Shown here: positions 17,147 to 27,077 of the stretch, in pieces
How the letters are laid out: each line of letters opens with the position of its first letter
Numbering within the stretch: the first letter of the stretch is position 1
IMG/VR virus record: IMGVR_UViG_3300044712_000499
Coordinates: 15,490-79,489 of that record
Source: a virus
Strand: one strand, 5' to 3'
Length of the DNA: 64,000 bases
Notes under the pieces: model-generated
What the model saw: only the letters and a program-made list of their open reading frames with translations
Database searches by the model: none
What the model was told of the DNA's origin: nothing
Position numbers and translations under genes: made by a program

Positions 17147-17727
17147 TAACCTACCTTATCAATAGAGAAGATCGCCCCCAAAGGCTTGCTCATGCTAGAG
17201 AACAACTACAAGCACAGAACTTAAATGCTCATGTGTTTAAGGCTATAGTGGGTTCTCCTGGTTGGAAGGGCTGTCGAGATTCCCACGTAAGTCTCATGGA
17301 GAGATGCCGTAACGAAGAGACGTTCCAAATCCTTGAAGACGATGTACTTTTCTTAGGCGACTACCATTCTGCTGTTGAAAATGCAATGTGGGAACTGCCT
17401 AATGAATGGGATGCTTTGTTTCTTGGGGCATCACCGCAAGAGCCTTTTGAACGCTACTCTGAACATCTATTTAAGATGGGAAAAGCCTTTACAACACATG
17501 CGATCATCTGGCATACACGTTATAAGGGCGCAGTAGAGTTCATCCTATCCAATAAGAAGGACATACATAAAATTGATGTTTTCTTTAACGATTTTATTTA
17601 CTCTAACTTTAATTGCTACTGTATCTATCCATTATTGTGTATTCAATCTGGCTCTTTTTCTTCAGACACATGTAAGGTAAGCGATGTGTCAACTATATCA
17701 AAAAATTATAATTTATTTTGTATATGA
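17143..17727 (+). CDS. GT25-family glycosyltransferase
   Basis: YLINREDRPQRL, GCRDSH, ILEDDV, WDALFLG, TTHA, ID. Confidence 0.8.
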   Translation: MITYLINREDRPQRLAHAREQLQAQNLNAHVFKAIVGSPGWKGCRDSHVSLMERCRNEETFQILEDDVLFLGDYHSAVENAMWELPNEWDALFLGASPQEPFERYSEHLFKMGKAFTTHAIIWHTRYKGAVEFILSNKKDIHKIDVFFNDFIYSNFNCYCIYPLLCIQSGSFSSDTCKVSDVSTISKNYNLFCI

Positions 17728-18815
17728 TAGGGGATAGAAATTACGGAGAAAGTGGCGTATATATAATACAATCAAAGACAAAACCAAACAGGGTATACGT
17801 TGGTAGTGCGGTAGCTGTTGAAAGAAGAAGGTGGGAGCATACAACTGCATTAAGGAAGGGCAAGCATCACTCTCATAAATTACAAAATCATTTTAATAAA
17901 TACGGAGAGAATGATTTAATTTTTGATGTTATAGAGAGCGGTGATTATATAGACAAAAATCACTTACTTTCAAGGGAGCAAGGTTGGTTTTATCATTTTG
18001 ATGACAAAAAAACAGGCAAGCCATATTTCAATGAGTGCGCATTAGCAGGCAGTGTTTTGGGTATTAAACAATCTGAGGAGACAAAGAAGAAGAAGTCTCT
18101 TGCCATAAAAGGTCGTAAAAGAAGGGCAAAAACGCAGATGGAAAAAGATCATCAATCAGATATGTTAAAAGGGAAACCTCTTTCTGATGTGCATAAAGCA
18201 AAACTAAAAGGACATAAGCATAGCGAAGAAACAAAGGCTGTACTTAGAGAGAAACTTAAGGGAAATAAAAATGGAGTTGGTAATAAATCTAGCAAGGGAA
18301 AACCATCCCTAAAAAAGGGTAAAAAACTTCCTTCTCATAGTCCGCAAACAATTTTAAATCAATCTATTGGAATGAAGAAATGGTGGGATAACCATCCAAT
18401 GGAGAAAAATAAAAGGAGCGATATGTTTTCAGGGGAAAAAAATCCGTTTTATGGGAAAAAGCACAAACCAGAGTCTATCATGAAAGGTGTAAGTAAAAAT
18501 AAGGGTAGGAAGGCATCCTCTGAAACCAAGGAAAAACAAAGTATTTCTTTAAAAAAAGCGTGGGCAGAAGGGAGGAATAGAGGTTCTTTTGGTATTCATA
18601 CGCCAATGCCACTAACAACTAGAAATGCACTTAAGACAGCGAATGAAATACCTATCTTACAATTTAACGATAAGAATATATTTATAAAGGAATGGGGGTC
18701 AATTAAGAATGCGTGTATGTGTCTTGGAATATCTTATGCTACAATAATTAAAAGTATTAAACTCGGTATTATTGTTAAGAATAATTTTGCATTTCAATAT
18801 AAACCCGATGCGTAA
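17718..18815 (+). CDS. GIY-YIG homing endonuclease with NUMOD3 repeats
   Basis: SGVYIIQ...YVGSAV...R...H...L....H....LQ..FNKYG; repeated HSEETK/SEETK units; NUMOD1-like tail. Confidence 0.88.
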   Translation: MYMIGDRNYGESGVYIIQSKTKPNRVYVGSAVAVERRRWEHTTALRKGKHHSHKLQNHFNKYGENDLIFDVIESGDYIDKNHLLSREQGWFYHFDDKKTGKPYFNECALAGSVLGIKQSEETKKKKSLAIKGRKRRAKTQMEKDHQSDMLKGKPLSDVHKAKLKGHKHSEETKAVLREKLKGNKNGVGNKSSKGKPSLKKGKKLPSHSPQTILNQSIGMKKWWDNHPMEKNKRSDMFSGEKNPFYGKKHKPESIMKGVSKNKGRKASSETKEKQSISLKKAWAEGRNRGSFGIHTPMPLTTRNALKTANEIPILQFNDKNIFIKEWGSIKNACMCLGISYATIIKSIKLGIIVKNNFAFQYKPDA

Positions 18816-18836
18816 TAATATTAATTTTAATAAATA

Positions 18837-20057
18837 TTGTATATGAAGATAAATAAATGCCCTATAACAGATGCCGATAATGGGGTTAAGTATCTTGACC
18901 TTGGGGATATTCCTTTAGTAAACAATCTTTGTAGTACAAGAGAAAGTTCTTTAGCGTGCAAGAGATATCCTTTATCGGTTCAGCTATTCCAAGGATCGGG
19001 ATTATCATGCCTCACAGAGCTTATCCCTAAAGAAGAACTATTTAGCCACTACCTATATAAATCAGGAGTTAGTAAACCATATATTAGCCACTGTTCTCAG
19101 ATGTATGATTACCTAGATAAGTATGTTAATCTTGAATATGGAGGTATAGTAGTTGACATAGGCGGGAATGACGGTAGTTTGCTCAATGAGTTTAAGAAAA
19201 AGAATGGTACACTAACCCTTATTAATGTTGACCCGTGCATAGAGTTTGCTGATGAGAACATGAGAGAGGGTATTTCATATCATAACGCTTTCTTTGGAGA
19301 GGAGGTTGTACTTCCAGCCAAAGCCACTCTTATCATATCTACCAATGTCTTTCAGCATAATTGGGATATAAGATCATTTGTTAAGGGGGTACATGAAAAT
19401 CTTGATACTAATGGCATTTGGTGTTTAGAGTTCCCATATTGGCTTACTACTATCTTAACCGACAACTACGATCAAGTATATCACGAGCATGTGTATTACT
19501 ACATTTTAAGTAGTCTGCTTACGTTATTTAAGCAAGAAGGGCTTAAGGTGATTAATGTATCTTACCACCCGATTCACGCAGGAACGCTAAGGGTCATAAG
19601 TGCTAAGGAAGAAAGCAGTCTTGTTGCGGACAGTAGCATTGATTCGTTTCTTAATCTTGAGCAACTTATGACAGAGAGCTTTTATATTAAGTGGGGTAAC
19701 TCTATTCAAACTAAGATTAGCGAGTGTGAGGATTTTATCAAAGGATTTGTGCATGTTTACAATGCTAGAATATTCGGTTTTGGTGCTGCCGCCAAGGGCT
19801 GTATATTTCTAAATACCTGCCATCTTACTGACACAGACATGCCGTTTGTCATTGATGACACGCCAGAGAAACAAGGCATGTTTATTCCTGGCACGGGTAT
19901 TGAGATAGTAAGTAGGGATATCTTGAAGAAATGGCATCCAAATTACATTTTGATACTTGCCCATAACTTCAAGGATTATATTATCAAGTCGTTAAGAAAC
20001 GATGGCTATATAGGCGGATTTATTATAATGTTTCCAGAAATAGAAGTAATAGACTAA
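18837..20057 (+). CDS. NDP-sugar C-methyltransferase (TylCIII/NovU-like)
   Basis: N-terminal Zn-binding-type region, VDIGGNDG, YDQVYHEHVYYY, HAGTLR, GFGAAAKG, DDTPEKQG.FIPGT. Confidence 0.88.
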   Translation: MYMKINKCPITDADNGVKYLDLGDIPLVNNLCSTRESSLACKRYPLSVQLFQGSGLSCLTELIPKEELFSHYLYKSGVSKPYISHCSQMYDYLDKYVNLEYGGIVVDIGGNDGSLLNEFKKKNGTLTLINVDPCIEFADENMREGISYHNAFFGEEVVLPAKATLIISTNVFQHNWDIRSFVKGVHENLDTNGIWCLEFPYWLTTILTDNYDQVYHEHVYYYILSSLLTLFKQEGLKVINVSYHPIHAGTLRVISAKEESSLVADSSIDSFLNLEQLMTESFYIKWGNSIQTKISECEDFIKGFVHVYNARIFGFGAAAKGCIFLNTCHLTDTDMPFVIDDTPEKQGMFIPGTGIEIVSRDILKKWHPNYILILAHNFKDYIIKSLRNDGYIGGFIIMFPEIEVID

Positions 20058-20058
20058 T

Positions 20059-20601
20059 ATGCAAGAATTATCTCTTTTAGACTTAAACACAAGAGGCGTT
20101 GCAGGACTCTCTTTCTCAGATAAGGGAACACTTCATAGCTATCTGCCTTATTATGATGTATTGTTTAGCCCTTTCCGATATAGGTCTATAAACATCTTTG
20201 AAGTGGGCTATCAGCACGGAGGTAGTTGTATGTTATTTAGCCTTTACTTTTCCGATGCTAAGATACTCGCTATTGATACCGATGGGTGTGTGCCTTTACC
20301 AGAGTCGGGGCGAATACTTGTTGATGTTCTTGATATCGCAGGTCTTACTCCGGCTTACTTTGATAATTTCATTCCCGACATAGCCATAGATGATGGTTCT
20401 CATACAATAGAAGATCAGATAAGGTTTATTCGTCTTGTTTATCCCGTTTTAAGAGAAGGTGGTATGCTTATCGTTGAGGATATTCAGAATATTGATAAAC
20501 AAAAGGAAATATTTGATCTTCTTAATATTCCATATACCATCTATGACTTAAGACACATCAAGGGAAGATATGACGATGTTTTTTTAGTTTTTAATAAATA
20601 A
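20059..20601 (+). CDS. Class I SAM-dependent methyltransferase (sugar O-methyltransferase-like)
   Basis: DKGTLHSY..YYD, EVGYQHGGS, IDDGSH, GGMLIVEDI. Confidence 0.8.
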   Translation: MQELSLLDLNTRGVAGLSFSDKGTLHSYLPYYDVLFSPFRYRSINIFEVGYQHGGSCMLFSLYFSDAKILAIDTDGCVPLPESGRILVDVLDIAGLTPAYFDNFIPDIAIDDGSHTIEDQIRFIRLVYPVLREGGMLIVEDIQNIDKQKEIFDLLNIPYTIYDLRHIKGRYDDVFLVFNK

Positions 20602-20604
20602 TCC

Positions 20605-21366
20605 ATGAATAAGATAGTTATTGCCTATCACGCCTACTTATATGGCAATCGCTATATGGAGATGGTAGTTGATCAGCTAAGAAAAATTAGTAGTGCTATT
20701 TGGCATGAAGATACTCAGTCATTGGAGGTAAACTTATTTCCACTGTGTCACAAAATGTACATTGGTATTGTTGATACTCCCACAAAGAAGCCTAGTCATG
20801 GAGTCGAATGGCTAACTAATTGGTTTAATACTAAGTCAAGTAAACTTGATTGCGATGTTATATGCCCTAAACTTGAAGTGGTTGTTTATCCAAAGAATGA
20901 AGAGTTAAGGGGAACATTAAGATGGATACGTGACTATGCAAAAGAGAATCCAGATGATTATATTCTATTTTTTCACACCAAGGGGATAACTCATCTGACT
21001 GAAGCTACCGAGGACTGGCGTAAGTATATGGAGTATTTTGTTCTTAAAAGATGGAAGGATTGTGTGCAGAAGTTAGATGAGGGGTACGACTGTTGCGGTG
21101 TTTTATGGAATACGGACACACCAATAGGAATCTGGCCTCATTTCTCCGGTGCATTCTTTTGGGCAAAGGCTAGTTATATAAATACACTTGATCATAGTTA
21201 TTTGGAATCAAAGTGGCGATACATGATGGAGTTTTGGATAGGGAGTAATCCTAATGCCAAGGTTTATGAGTTTCATAATTCTGGATTTAACTCAAAAGAA
21301 AGACTACTAGCAAGACAAGGACATTATAATATTCCATATCCCCCTAAAGAATATGAGATAAAATGA
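20605..21366 (+). CDS. Uncharacterised protein, possibly glycosyltransferase-like
   Basis: HTKGI...WRKYMEYF...YDCCG...HFSGAFFWA pattern; embedded in the glycan operon. Confidence 0.5.
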   Translation: MNKIVIAYHAYLYGNRYMEMVVDQLRKISSAIWHEDTQSLEVNLFPLCHKMYIGIVDTPTKKPSHGVEWLTNWFNTKSSKLDCDVICPKLEVVVYPKNEELRGTLRWIRDYAKENPDDYILFFHTKGITHLTEATEDWRKYMEYFVLKRWKDCVQKLDEGYDCCGVLWNTDTPIGIWPHFSGAFFWAKASYINTLDHSYLESKWRYMMEFWIGSNPNAKVYEFHNSGFNSKERLLARQGHYNIPYPPKEYEIK

Positions 21367-21950
21367 GTACGCTTCACGTAATATGTACAGCATTCAATCG
21401 TCCTATTCAACTTAGGATGATGATAGACTCTTTCCTCTTACAAACAGACGGAAGGTGGAAATTGACTGTTATACATGACGGGCAAGCATCACAAGAGATT
21501 CATGATATTATTGGATGGTATAACGATAACCGGATAACATTCTTTGAGACGGATATTGTTGGCGGTAGTTATGGTCATCCTAATAGAAAGTATATGTTAA
21601 ATCAGATACAGGGAGACAAGGATGACTTTGTATTAATAACGAATGAAGATAATTATTACGTTCCCGCTTTTGTAGAATACTTTCTTGGGGCATGTACGCC
21701 TCGTGTGGGCATGGTTTATTGTAACACTATTCATTCTTATCTTAAATACAATATTCTAGTAACTAAGGTTAAGGAGAATTATATAGACATGGGGTCTTTT
21801 ATTGTAAGATTAGCAGTAGCAAAGGCAACTGGTTTTAATCATGCACACCTCTCGGCAGATGGTAAATATGCAGAAGAGTGTTTTCAAACGTGCCGTAAGC
21901 GAGGGTTGATGCCCGTGTGTATTAATAAACCTCTTTTTGTTCATAATTGA
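21363..21950 (+). CDS. GT2 glycosyltransferase
   Basis: VICTAFNRP, VIHDG, GHPNR, NEDNYY. Confidence 0.8.
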   Translation: MSTLHVICTAFNRPIQLRMMIDSFLLQTDGRWKLTVIHDGQASQEIHDIIGWYNDNRITFFETDIVGGSYGHPNRKYMLNQIQGDKDDFVLITNEDNYYVPAFVEYFLGACTPRVGMVYCNTIHSYLKYNILVTKVKENYIDMGSFIVRLAVAKATGFNHAHLSADGKYAEECFQTCRKRGLMPVCINKPLFVHN

Positions 21951-22642
21951 AAGACATGAAAAATTTACTAATAACAACAATAGGAAAGTATAATCATTTC
22001 TCTGCGTGGATTGATGGAGAAAGAGATTATGACATAGCCGTAGTTATTTATGATGACTCAGTTCAGCCAAAGGTAAGTGACAACACTTGCTTGGTCGTTG
22101 AACGCTTTAAGACTTTCAAGTACGAGGGTATTAAAAGATTATTTGACTTGCACCCCACGTTATCTGACTACGACTACTTTTGGATGCCGGATGAGGATAT
22201 ATGGGCTAAACCTGAAGATATAAACAGAATCTTTACTCTGACAAAGGAAAGAGAACTTTGGTTGTCGCAACCAAGCATACTAGATACCCACGACAGCTTT
22301 CCTTCATGGAAGTGTTTTGCCCATAGACCCGACGTAGAACTTGTTCATACTAACTTTATAGAGGTTATGTGTCCGTGTGTTTCACGCAAGGCAATGAAGA
22401 AGATTTACCCCCTGCTTAATAAGTCTAAGTCGGGATGGGGGCTAGACCTCATTTGGAGTTGGCTTGGAGTTGACGAGAAGATGGGCATACTGAACTCTGT
22501 ACCCGTTAAGCACACACGTCCCGTTGGTGGAGGAACGCTTTACTCTGAGTTAGCCGCCAAGGGTATCTATCCATCAAGAGAAAGAAAGAAGTTAATGAAA
22601 GAGTTCGGCATTCCAAGTATTGACATAAAAACATGGATATAG
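21947..22642 (+). CDS. DUF707-like GT-A glycosyltransferase
   Basis: YDYFWMPDEDI, LSQPS, TNFIEVMCP, GWGLDLIW, H.RP. Confidence 0.72.
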   Translation: MKDMKNLLITTIGKYNHFSAWIDGERDYDIAVVIYDDSVQPKVSDNTCLVVERFKTFKYEGIKRLFDLHPTLSDYDYFWMPDEDIWAKPEDINRIFTLTKERELWLSQPSILDTHDSFPSWKCFAHRPDVELVHTNFIEVMCPCVSRKAMKKIYPLLNKSKSGWGLDLIWSWLGVDEKMGILNSVPVKHTRPVGGGTLYSELAAKGIYPSRERKKLMKEFGIPSIDIKTWI

Positions 22643-23319
22643 TCTTTCTTATAACCACTTACAATAGAAGGGAATCCTGCCAAAGACTTGTTGACTCTCT
22701 ACAAGGACTAGGAGATATAGTCGTTCTAGGAGATCATGTGGACTACACCATTAGTGGGTGTAGCTTTACAAACCTACCGGAGCACTATGGAAGATCAGGT
22801 TATTGGTTTACTGTTAAGCGTCTCTTTGCCATGAGGGGTAAGCATAAATACTTCATGATGCTTCCTGATGATTTCATGATGTGTGAAACGCAAGTTATGG
22901 AAGCTATAAAGTTATGGGAGGGTATTAACGATCCGCAAAAGATATGCCTAAACCTATACATGGACAGATTAGGTCTTAAGTGTTGGACTAATTTTTATCC
23001 TACATCATTGGGTAATGTTTGGCAGACAGGATGGGTAGATATGTGTTTCCTTTGCGAGGAATCCTTCTTTTGTAATTTCAAACTTAGGCAGAAGATATCC
23101 CATACTAGTAGTGGAGTGGGCGCACAGATAAGCAGACAGTTGTTTCACAGGAAGTTTCATTTATACCAGGTTAAGGAGAGTCTTGTAACGCCCCAAAGTG
23201 AACATTCTATATCCCAAATGCACAATGAACAAAACAGTAACGGTGGGAATCGCCAGTCTCAAAGAGAGAGAAAAGTCTATGATACTCGTCGTAGAGGCAG
23301 TAAAAGATCAATGCGATAA
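22633..23319 (+). CDS. GT2-like glycosyltransferase
   Basis: ITTYNRRESC..L, MLPDDF, GVGAQIS. The polar tail overlaps the next gene by 95 nt. Confidence 0.68.
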   Translation: MDIVFLITTYNRRESCQRLVDSLQGLGDIVVLGDHVDYTISGCSFTNLPEHYGRSGYWFTVKRLFAMRGKHKYFMMLPDDFMMCETQVMEAIKLWEGINDPQKICLNLYMDRLGLKCWTNFYPTSLGNVWQTGWVDMCFLCEESFFCNFKLRQKISHTSSGVGAQISRQLFHRKFHLYQVKESLVTPQSEHSISQMHNEQNSNGGNRQSQRERKVYDTRRRGSKRSMR

Positions 23320-23893
23320 GGTAGTAGTAGGACTTAATAACTATACGAGGGTTCCCGAAGCACTATCTTGCTATTCCAATGTGGAATGTCATCTGCTCGA
23401 TAATTCTTTGGGAGATGCGGCAAAGATGCTCACAGTTGGTTCATGTGACGGTTACTATGCCACCTTGGACGACGATCTATTGCCCCCAAAGACCTTCATT
23501 CAAGATTTGATTAGAGGCATAGACCGGTATAATGGATTCATATCTTTTCATGGTAAGGTGTACAATAGGGGGTTCAGTGGGTTTAAAAAACCGTCTATCG
23601 TCTATCGTTGTCTTGGTTCTGTGGCTGATGACGTCCGTGTCAACTTCATAGGTACGGGATGTTCGGGTTTTCACACAGACCGCCTAAAGCTATCAATAGA
23701 TATGTTCCCTATAAAAAATATGGCTGACGTACACGTTTCTAAGGCATGTCATGACCAAGGGGTACAAATGGTCGTCCTTAAGCATGATCGTGGCTATTTC
23801 GCCTATCAGCAACCTTCAGGAGGGACAATTTGGGAGTCGTTTAGAGGAGCAACCCCCGTACAGGATAAAATAATGAGAACTTTTCTTAAATAA
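23225..23893 (+). CDS. GT2-like glycosyltransferase
   Basis: VGIAS...RE, GDAAK, TLDDDL, GTG, NMADV. Start refined to MNKTV. Confidence 0.72.
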   Translation: MNKTVTVGIASLKEREKSMILVVEAVKDQCDKVVVGLNNYTRVPEALSCYSNVECHLLDNSLGDAAKMLTVGSCDGYYATLDDDLLPPKTFIQDLIRGIDRYNGFISFHGKVYNRGFSGFKKPSIVYRCLGSVADDVRVNFIGTGCSGFHTDRLKLSIDMFPIKNMADVHVSKACHDQGVQMVVLKHDRGYFAYQQPSGGTIWESFRGATPVQDKIMRTFLK

Positions 23894-23945
23894 GATTTGC
23901 TTTTTACATTAAGATAGTTTATCTTTGGTGAAAAATAAGAGAGAA

Positions 23946-24125
23946 ATGAAAACATTTAATGTAGGATTGACAATAATCTCCATATTGGCGTTAGCGGCAT
24001 TAATCATCAGTACGGCAATATTCGGAGAAAGAGGGAATGATGATGCTATGTGGGGGTATGGATTAGCATCTATTTATTGTTTTTTGTATATAATTCAGTT
24101 ATTAAAACCCACTAAAGAGAAATGA
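23946..24125 (+). CDS. Small 2-TM membrane protein
   Basis: After the promoter at 23920; two hydrophobic helices. Confidence 0.6.
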   Translation: MKTFNVGLTIISILALAALIISTAIFGERGNDDAMWGYGLASIYCFLYIIQLLKPTKEK

Positions 24126-24379
24126 AACCACAATACATCAAGAACAAAACCGCCCAAAGGCTAAGAGATGGCTTTCATACTGATCTCATGGCTTTCTTTG
24201 AAGAAAGCATAGACCTATATACAGAGAAGAACTTTATGCGGGGTCATGATTCGTTCTTTGAGGATGCTAGTGTTCATGCCTACAATATTGCAGAGAAACT
24301 TGGGTATTTAGATGAAAACGACACTAGACTTGCAGCAGTAATTATAGAAGACTATTTTAACTCAATAAAACCACAATAG
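24122..24379 (+). CDS. Hypothetical protein
   Basis: Coupled ORF. Confidence 0.6.
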   Translation: MKPQYIKNKTAQRLRDGFHTDLMAFFEESIDLYTEKNFMRGHDSFFEDASVHAYNIAEKLGYLDENDTRLAAVIIEDYFNSIKPQ

Positions 24380-24381
24380 CT

Positions 24382-24588
24382 ATGGAGGATACATTTACAA
24401 GCACAGTTGATGGTGCTGCCGGATTTGAAAGGATGAGGGTCATTGAAGAAGAACGTAAAAACAGACCTTCAAGGCTTGATGTTATGGATTTCAGAGATGA
24501 AGAAGAGGTTGAATACGATGACTATGATAGATGTAACTGCTCTGATCCTGGTTGTCCATGTGGCGGTATTAAAAGAGGAGGTGTTTAA
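24382..24588 (+). CDS. Hypothetical acidic/Cys protein
   Basis: CNCSDPGCPC motif. Confidence 0.55.
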   Translation: MEDTFTSTVDGAAGFERMRVIEEERKNRPSRLDVMDFRDEEEVEYDDYDRCNCSDPGCPCGGIKRGGV

Positions 24589-24848
24589 TGCGCAATAGAG
24601 TGTATTTTAATGACACTGATTTTAATGAGTGTGTTATAGAGCAGAGCGAGATGCTTTTGATGCAAGCAAAGCCTATACTCGAGAGCCTTACCAGTTGTAG
24701 GTTAAGAAGACAATCATTACCTCGTTTTATTAATACAGAAGAAGAGGCAAAGGAACAGCATGAGTTAAACGCACTAGAGATATATCTAATCTCTCAGCTT
24801 CACGCTCTACTAGGATATGATGATGTAAACAAAAAATTTATATTTTAA
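24588..24848 (+). CDS. Hypothetical protein
   Basis: Coupled ORF. Confidence 0.55.
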   Translation: MRNRVYFNDTDFNECVIEQSEMLLMQAKPILESLTSCRLRRQSLPRFINTEEEAKEQHELNALEIYLISQLHALLGYDDVNKKFIF

Positions 24849-24851
24849 ATA

Positions 24852-25316
24852 ATGAAGGATAAAAACAACTACTACGACATTAGCGGGGTTATCTATGCAA
24901 AGCCAATGCGCTTGGTTCCCGACAAAAAGAATAAGAACAACGGACAGCCATGGGAGTTTCCATCCATAATACTAGAAGTTAAGCGTGAGTATGACGGACG
25001 TGAGTTCATAGAGCTTCCTGAGTTCGACCTTGGTAAGGGAGTAAGCACAGAAGACTTTAGCGTGAGGGACAACGTAACGATAACCTTTAGCCTTTCGGGT
25101 AGGGAGATTGAGTACAAGGACAGGCAAGGGGAGAAGGCTAAGATGCACAAGACAACCGCCAAAGCACTATATATCAAGCACTCAGACATACAGAGTAATG
25201 ATACAAGAGCTATAGGCACTTCATTTGTTCCTGCCCATAAGGATGATAGCATACCGCCACTGCCTTACAGCGAGGGTGCGAGTAAAGAAGAAGACGAAAG
25301 TGATCTACCGTTCTGA
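24852..25316 (+). CDS. DUF3127-like single-stranded DNA-binding protein
   Basis: W...IILE...EF...V.ITFSLSGRE OB-fold pattern with an acidic tail ending DLPF. Confidence 0.75.
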   Translation: MKDKNNYYDISGVIYAKPMRLVPDKKNKNNGQPWEFPSIILEVKREYDGREFIELPEFDLGKGVSTEDFSVRDNVTITFSLSGREIEYKDRQGEKAKMHKTTAKALYIKHSDIQSNDTRAIGTSFVPAHKDDSIPPLPYSEGASKEEDESDLPF

Positions 25317-25504
25317 TGATTGATAAACTCATAATATGGAACCCGCTAGAGCCCTACGACAGTCTAGATAATGAAAAACATCTTAATACTGAGTATTGTA
25401 AAGACTGTGAGAAACCTATTGATGAGTGTAGGTGCTTAAGTCCTTGTTGCTCGGCAAAGATTATACATCACGATATTTGTTCTAACTGCCTTGATCATGT
25501 GTAA
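25316..25504 (+). CDS. Small Cys-rich protein
   Basis: Several CxxC motifs. Confidence 0.55.
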   Translation: MIDKLIIWNPLEPYDSLDNEKHLNTEYCKDCEKPIDECRCLSPCCSAKIIHHDICSNCLDHV

Positions 25505-25829
25505 TATGGAATACTTAGACGACACCGGATATCCAACAGATGAGTTTTTGGATTATGTCAAGTACTCTACAGTAACAAGATATAGTGCATTCTCATTCTT
25601 TAAAGAGATAGAATCTTATTGGGCGTATGGCGCATGGATTTGGGAAGATGGAATGGATTTTCAGGGAAGCCCCGTAAAGTTAGTAAGCATATCTACATGG
25701 GGATGGAGTGGAAATGAATCTATTATAGATGCGATGCAACATAACTTTATCTTATGGTCGCTATTTTGGGTACAACACCGTAGAGGAGGACATTATCAAT
25801 TTGAAATACCATGGCAACAGCAGAATTAA
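25491..25829 (+). CDS. Conserved-looking phage hypothetical protein
   Basis: STWGWSGNE...W...RGGHY.F. Confidence 0.65.
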   Translation: MIMCNMEYLDDTGYPTDEFLDYVKYSTVTRYSAFSFFKEIESYWAYGAWIWEDGMDFQGSPVKLVSISTWGWSGNESIIDAMQHNFILWSLFWVQHRRGGHYQFEIPWQQQN

Positions 25830-26059
25830 AGTTTAACCTAGAAGACCCCGATGACAGAATGGAGTTTGAGAGATGCACCAAAGCTACTGACCTAGCATTA
25901 GTACTTTGGGAGGTCTACCATAACTCATGGAGGGACATAGAGCGTCAGATAGAGGCAGGGACTATCAAAGAACCACAGGACGCTATAGATGCTTACGTTC
26001 TAGCGATACAAGAACAGATGGACAACCACAACATAATCATTGATAAACTTGTAATCTAA
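25811..26059 (+). CDS. Hypothetical protein
   Basis: A.LKFNL.DPDD..EF pattern. Confidence 0.65.
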   Translation: MATAELKFNLEDPDDRMEFERCTKATDLALVLWEVYHNSWRDIERQIEAGTIKEPQDAIDAYVLAIQEQMDNHNIIIDKLVI

Positions 26060-26256
26060 TGGCAGACATCAGTAAATGTTCGGGTGCTAACTGCCCGCTA
26101 AAGAAAACCTGCTATAGATATACTGCTATAAGCAATGAATACTATCAGTCATATAGTGAATGGTTCCCCGCTAAAGTTAAAAATAAGTGGACTTGCGATG
26201 GATACGAGAGCAACAAAGGACTATGGAGAATATCGATACCAATAAGACATGAGTAA
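26059..26256 (+). CDS. Small Cys-containing phage protein
   Basis: MADISKCSG..CPLK..CYRYTA. Confidence 0.65.
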   Translation: MADISKCSGANCPLKKTCYRYTAISNEYYQSYSEWFPAKVKNKWTCDGYESNKGLWRISIPIRHE

Positions 26257-26734
26257 ACTTAACTTTCTAAAGACATACTTCTCTCCTTTTAAGCCACTAA
26301 AGTTATCGTGGTATTTTGGGAAGACCGCCATAGGTACTCCTTACTTCCTTCCCCGCAGATGGGTAAGGGATAAGACAAGGGAAGGTTTCTCCATTGCCGT
26401 ACCCAAGAAGATAGGCTTTGACTTTGTTGGTCTTGGGTGGAAGACTAAGTGGGAAGCCACCGACTATCGCTTCGAGTGGAGTCCTATGTTGTCATTCGTG
26501 TTCTTCGGATACCAGGTGACAGTTACCTTTGTCGCACCAGAGCTAGACCACTATTGGGAGTGTTGGTTGTACTACGAGAGGAATACCGATAAGTCCAAAC
26601 CTGCTAAAGATCGAATACTACAAGCTAAAAAAGAGTTCCCTTGTATATGGACAAGTTGGAATAAAGATGGAACCAAGAAAACAACAGACTATTGGAATTT
26701 AATATTGAAACCCGCTAAAGCTAAACAGCCATGA
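26249..26734 (+). CDS. Hypothetical aromatic-rich protein
   Basis: 161-aa coupled ORF. Confidence 0.65.
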   Translation: MSKLNFLKTYFSPFKPLKLSWYFGKTAIGTPYFLPRRWVRDKTREGFSIAVPKKIGFDFVGLGWKTKWEATDYRFEWSPMLSFVFFGYQVTVTFVAPELDHYWECWLYYERNTDKSKPAKDRILQAKKEFPCIWTSWNKDGTKKTTDYWNLILKPAKAKQP

Positions 26735-27075
26735 AAGACATAATCAAAAAACAGGAGGAGTTAATAAACTTATTACTCGCAAGAGAATTAAAAAGAGAGG
26801 GTAATTTTGATATTAAAATAAGAAATCTTGATGATGAGCTATCAGTTCTGAAATCTAAGATGGAAGAAGTGACGGAATATCAATCAGGCATTGTTACTGT
26901 AAAGGAAAGAACTATTGAAATGTTAAATCTTGGCGATAATCAGAATAGTGTACATGATGCGTCAATTATGGATCGTTATCAGAATGAAGCAATCAGATTT
27001 CTTGCAGAACAGATTGATAAATTGCATGAATTACGATATAAAGCCCACAGAGACAATTTAATAAAGAAAGGATAG
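26731..27075 (+). CDS. Hypothetical protein
   Basis: 114-aa coupled ORF. Confidence 0.6.
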   Translation: MKDIIKKQEELINLLLARELKREGNFDIKIRNLDDELSVLKSKMEEVTEYQSGIVTVKERTIEMLNLGDNQNSVHDASIMDRYQNEAIRFLAEQIDKLHELRYKAHRDNLIKKG

Positions 27076-27077
27076 AT

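Noticed and set aside
23225-23319. 95-nt overlap of two GT genes as a programmed frameshift
   Set aside because: The upstream tail is low-complexity polar sequence consistent with a lost stop; no slippery site was evident.
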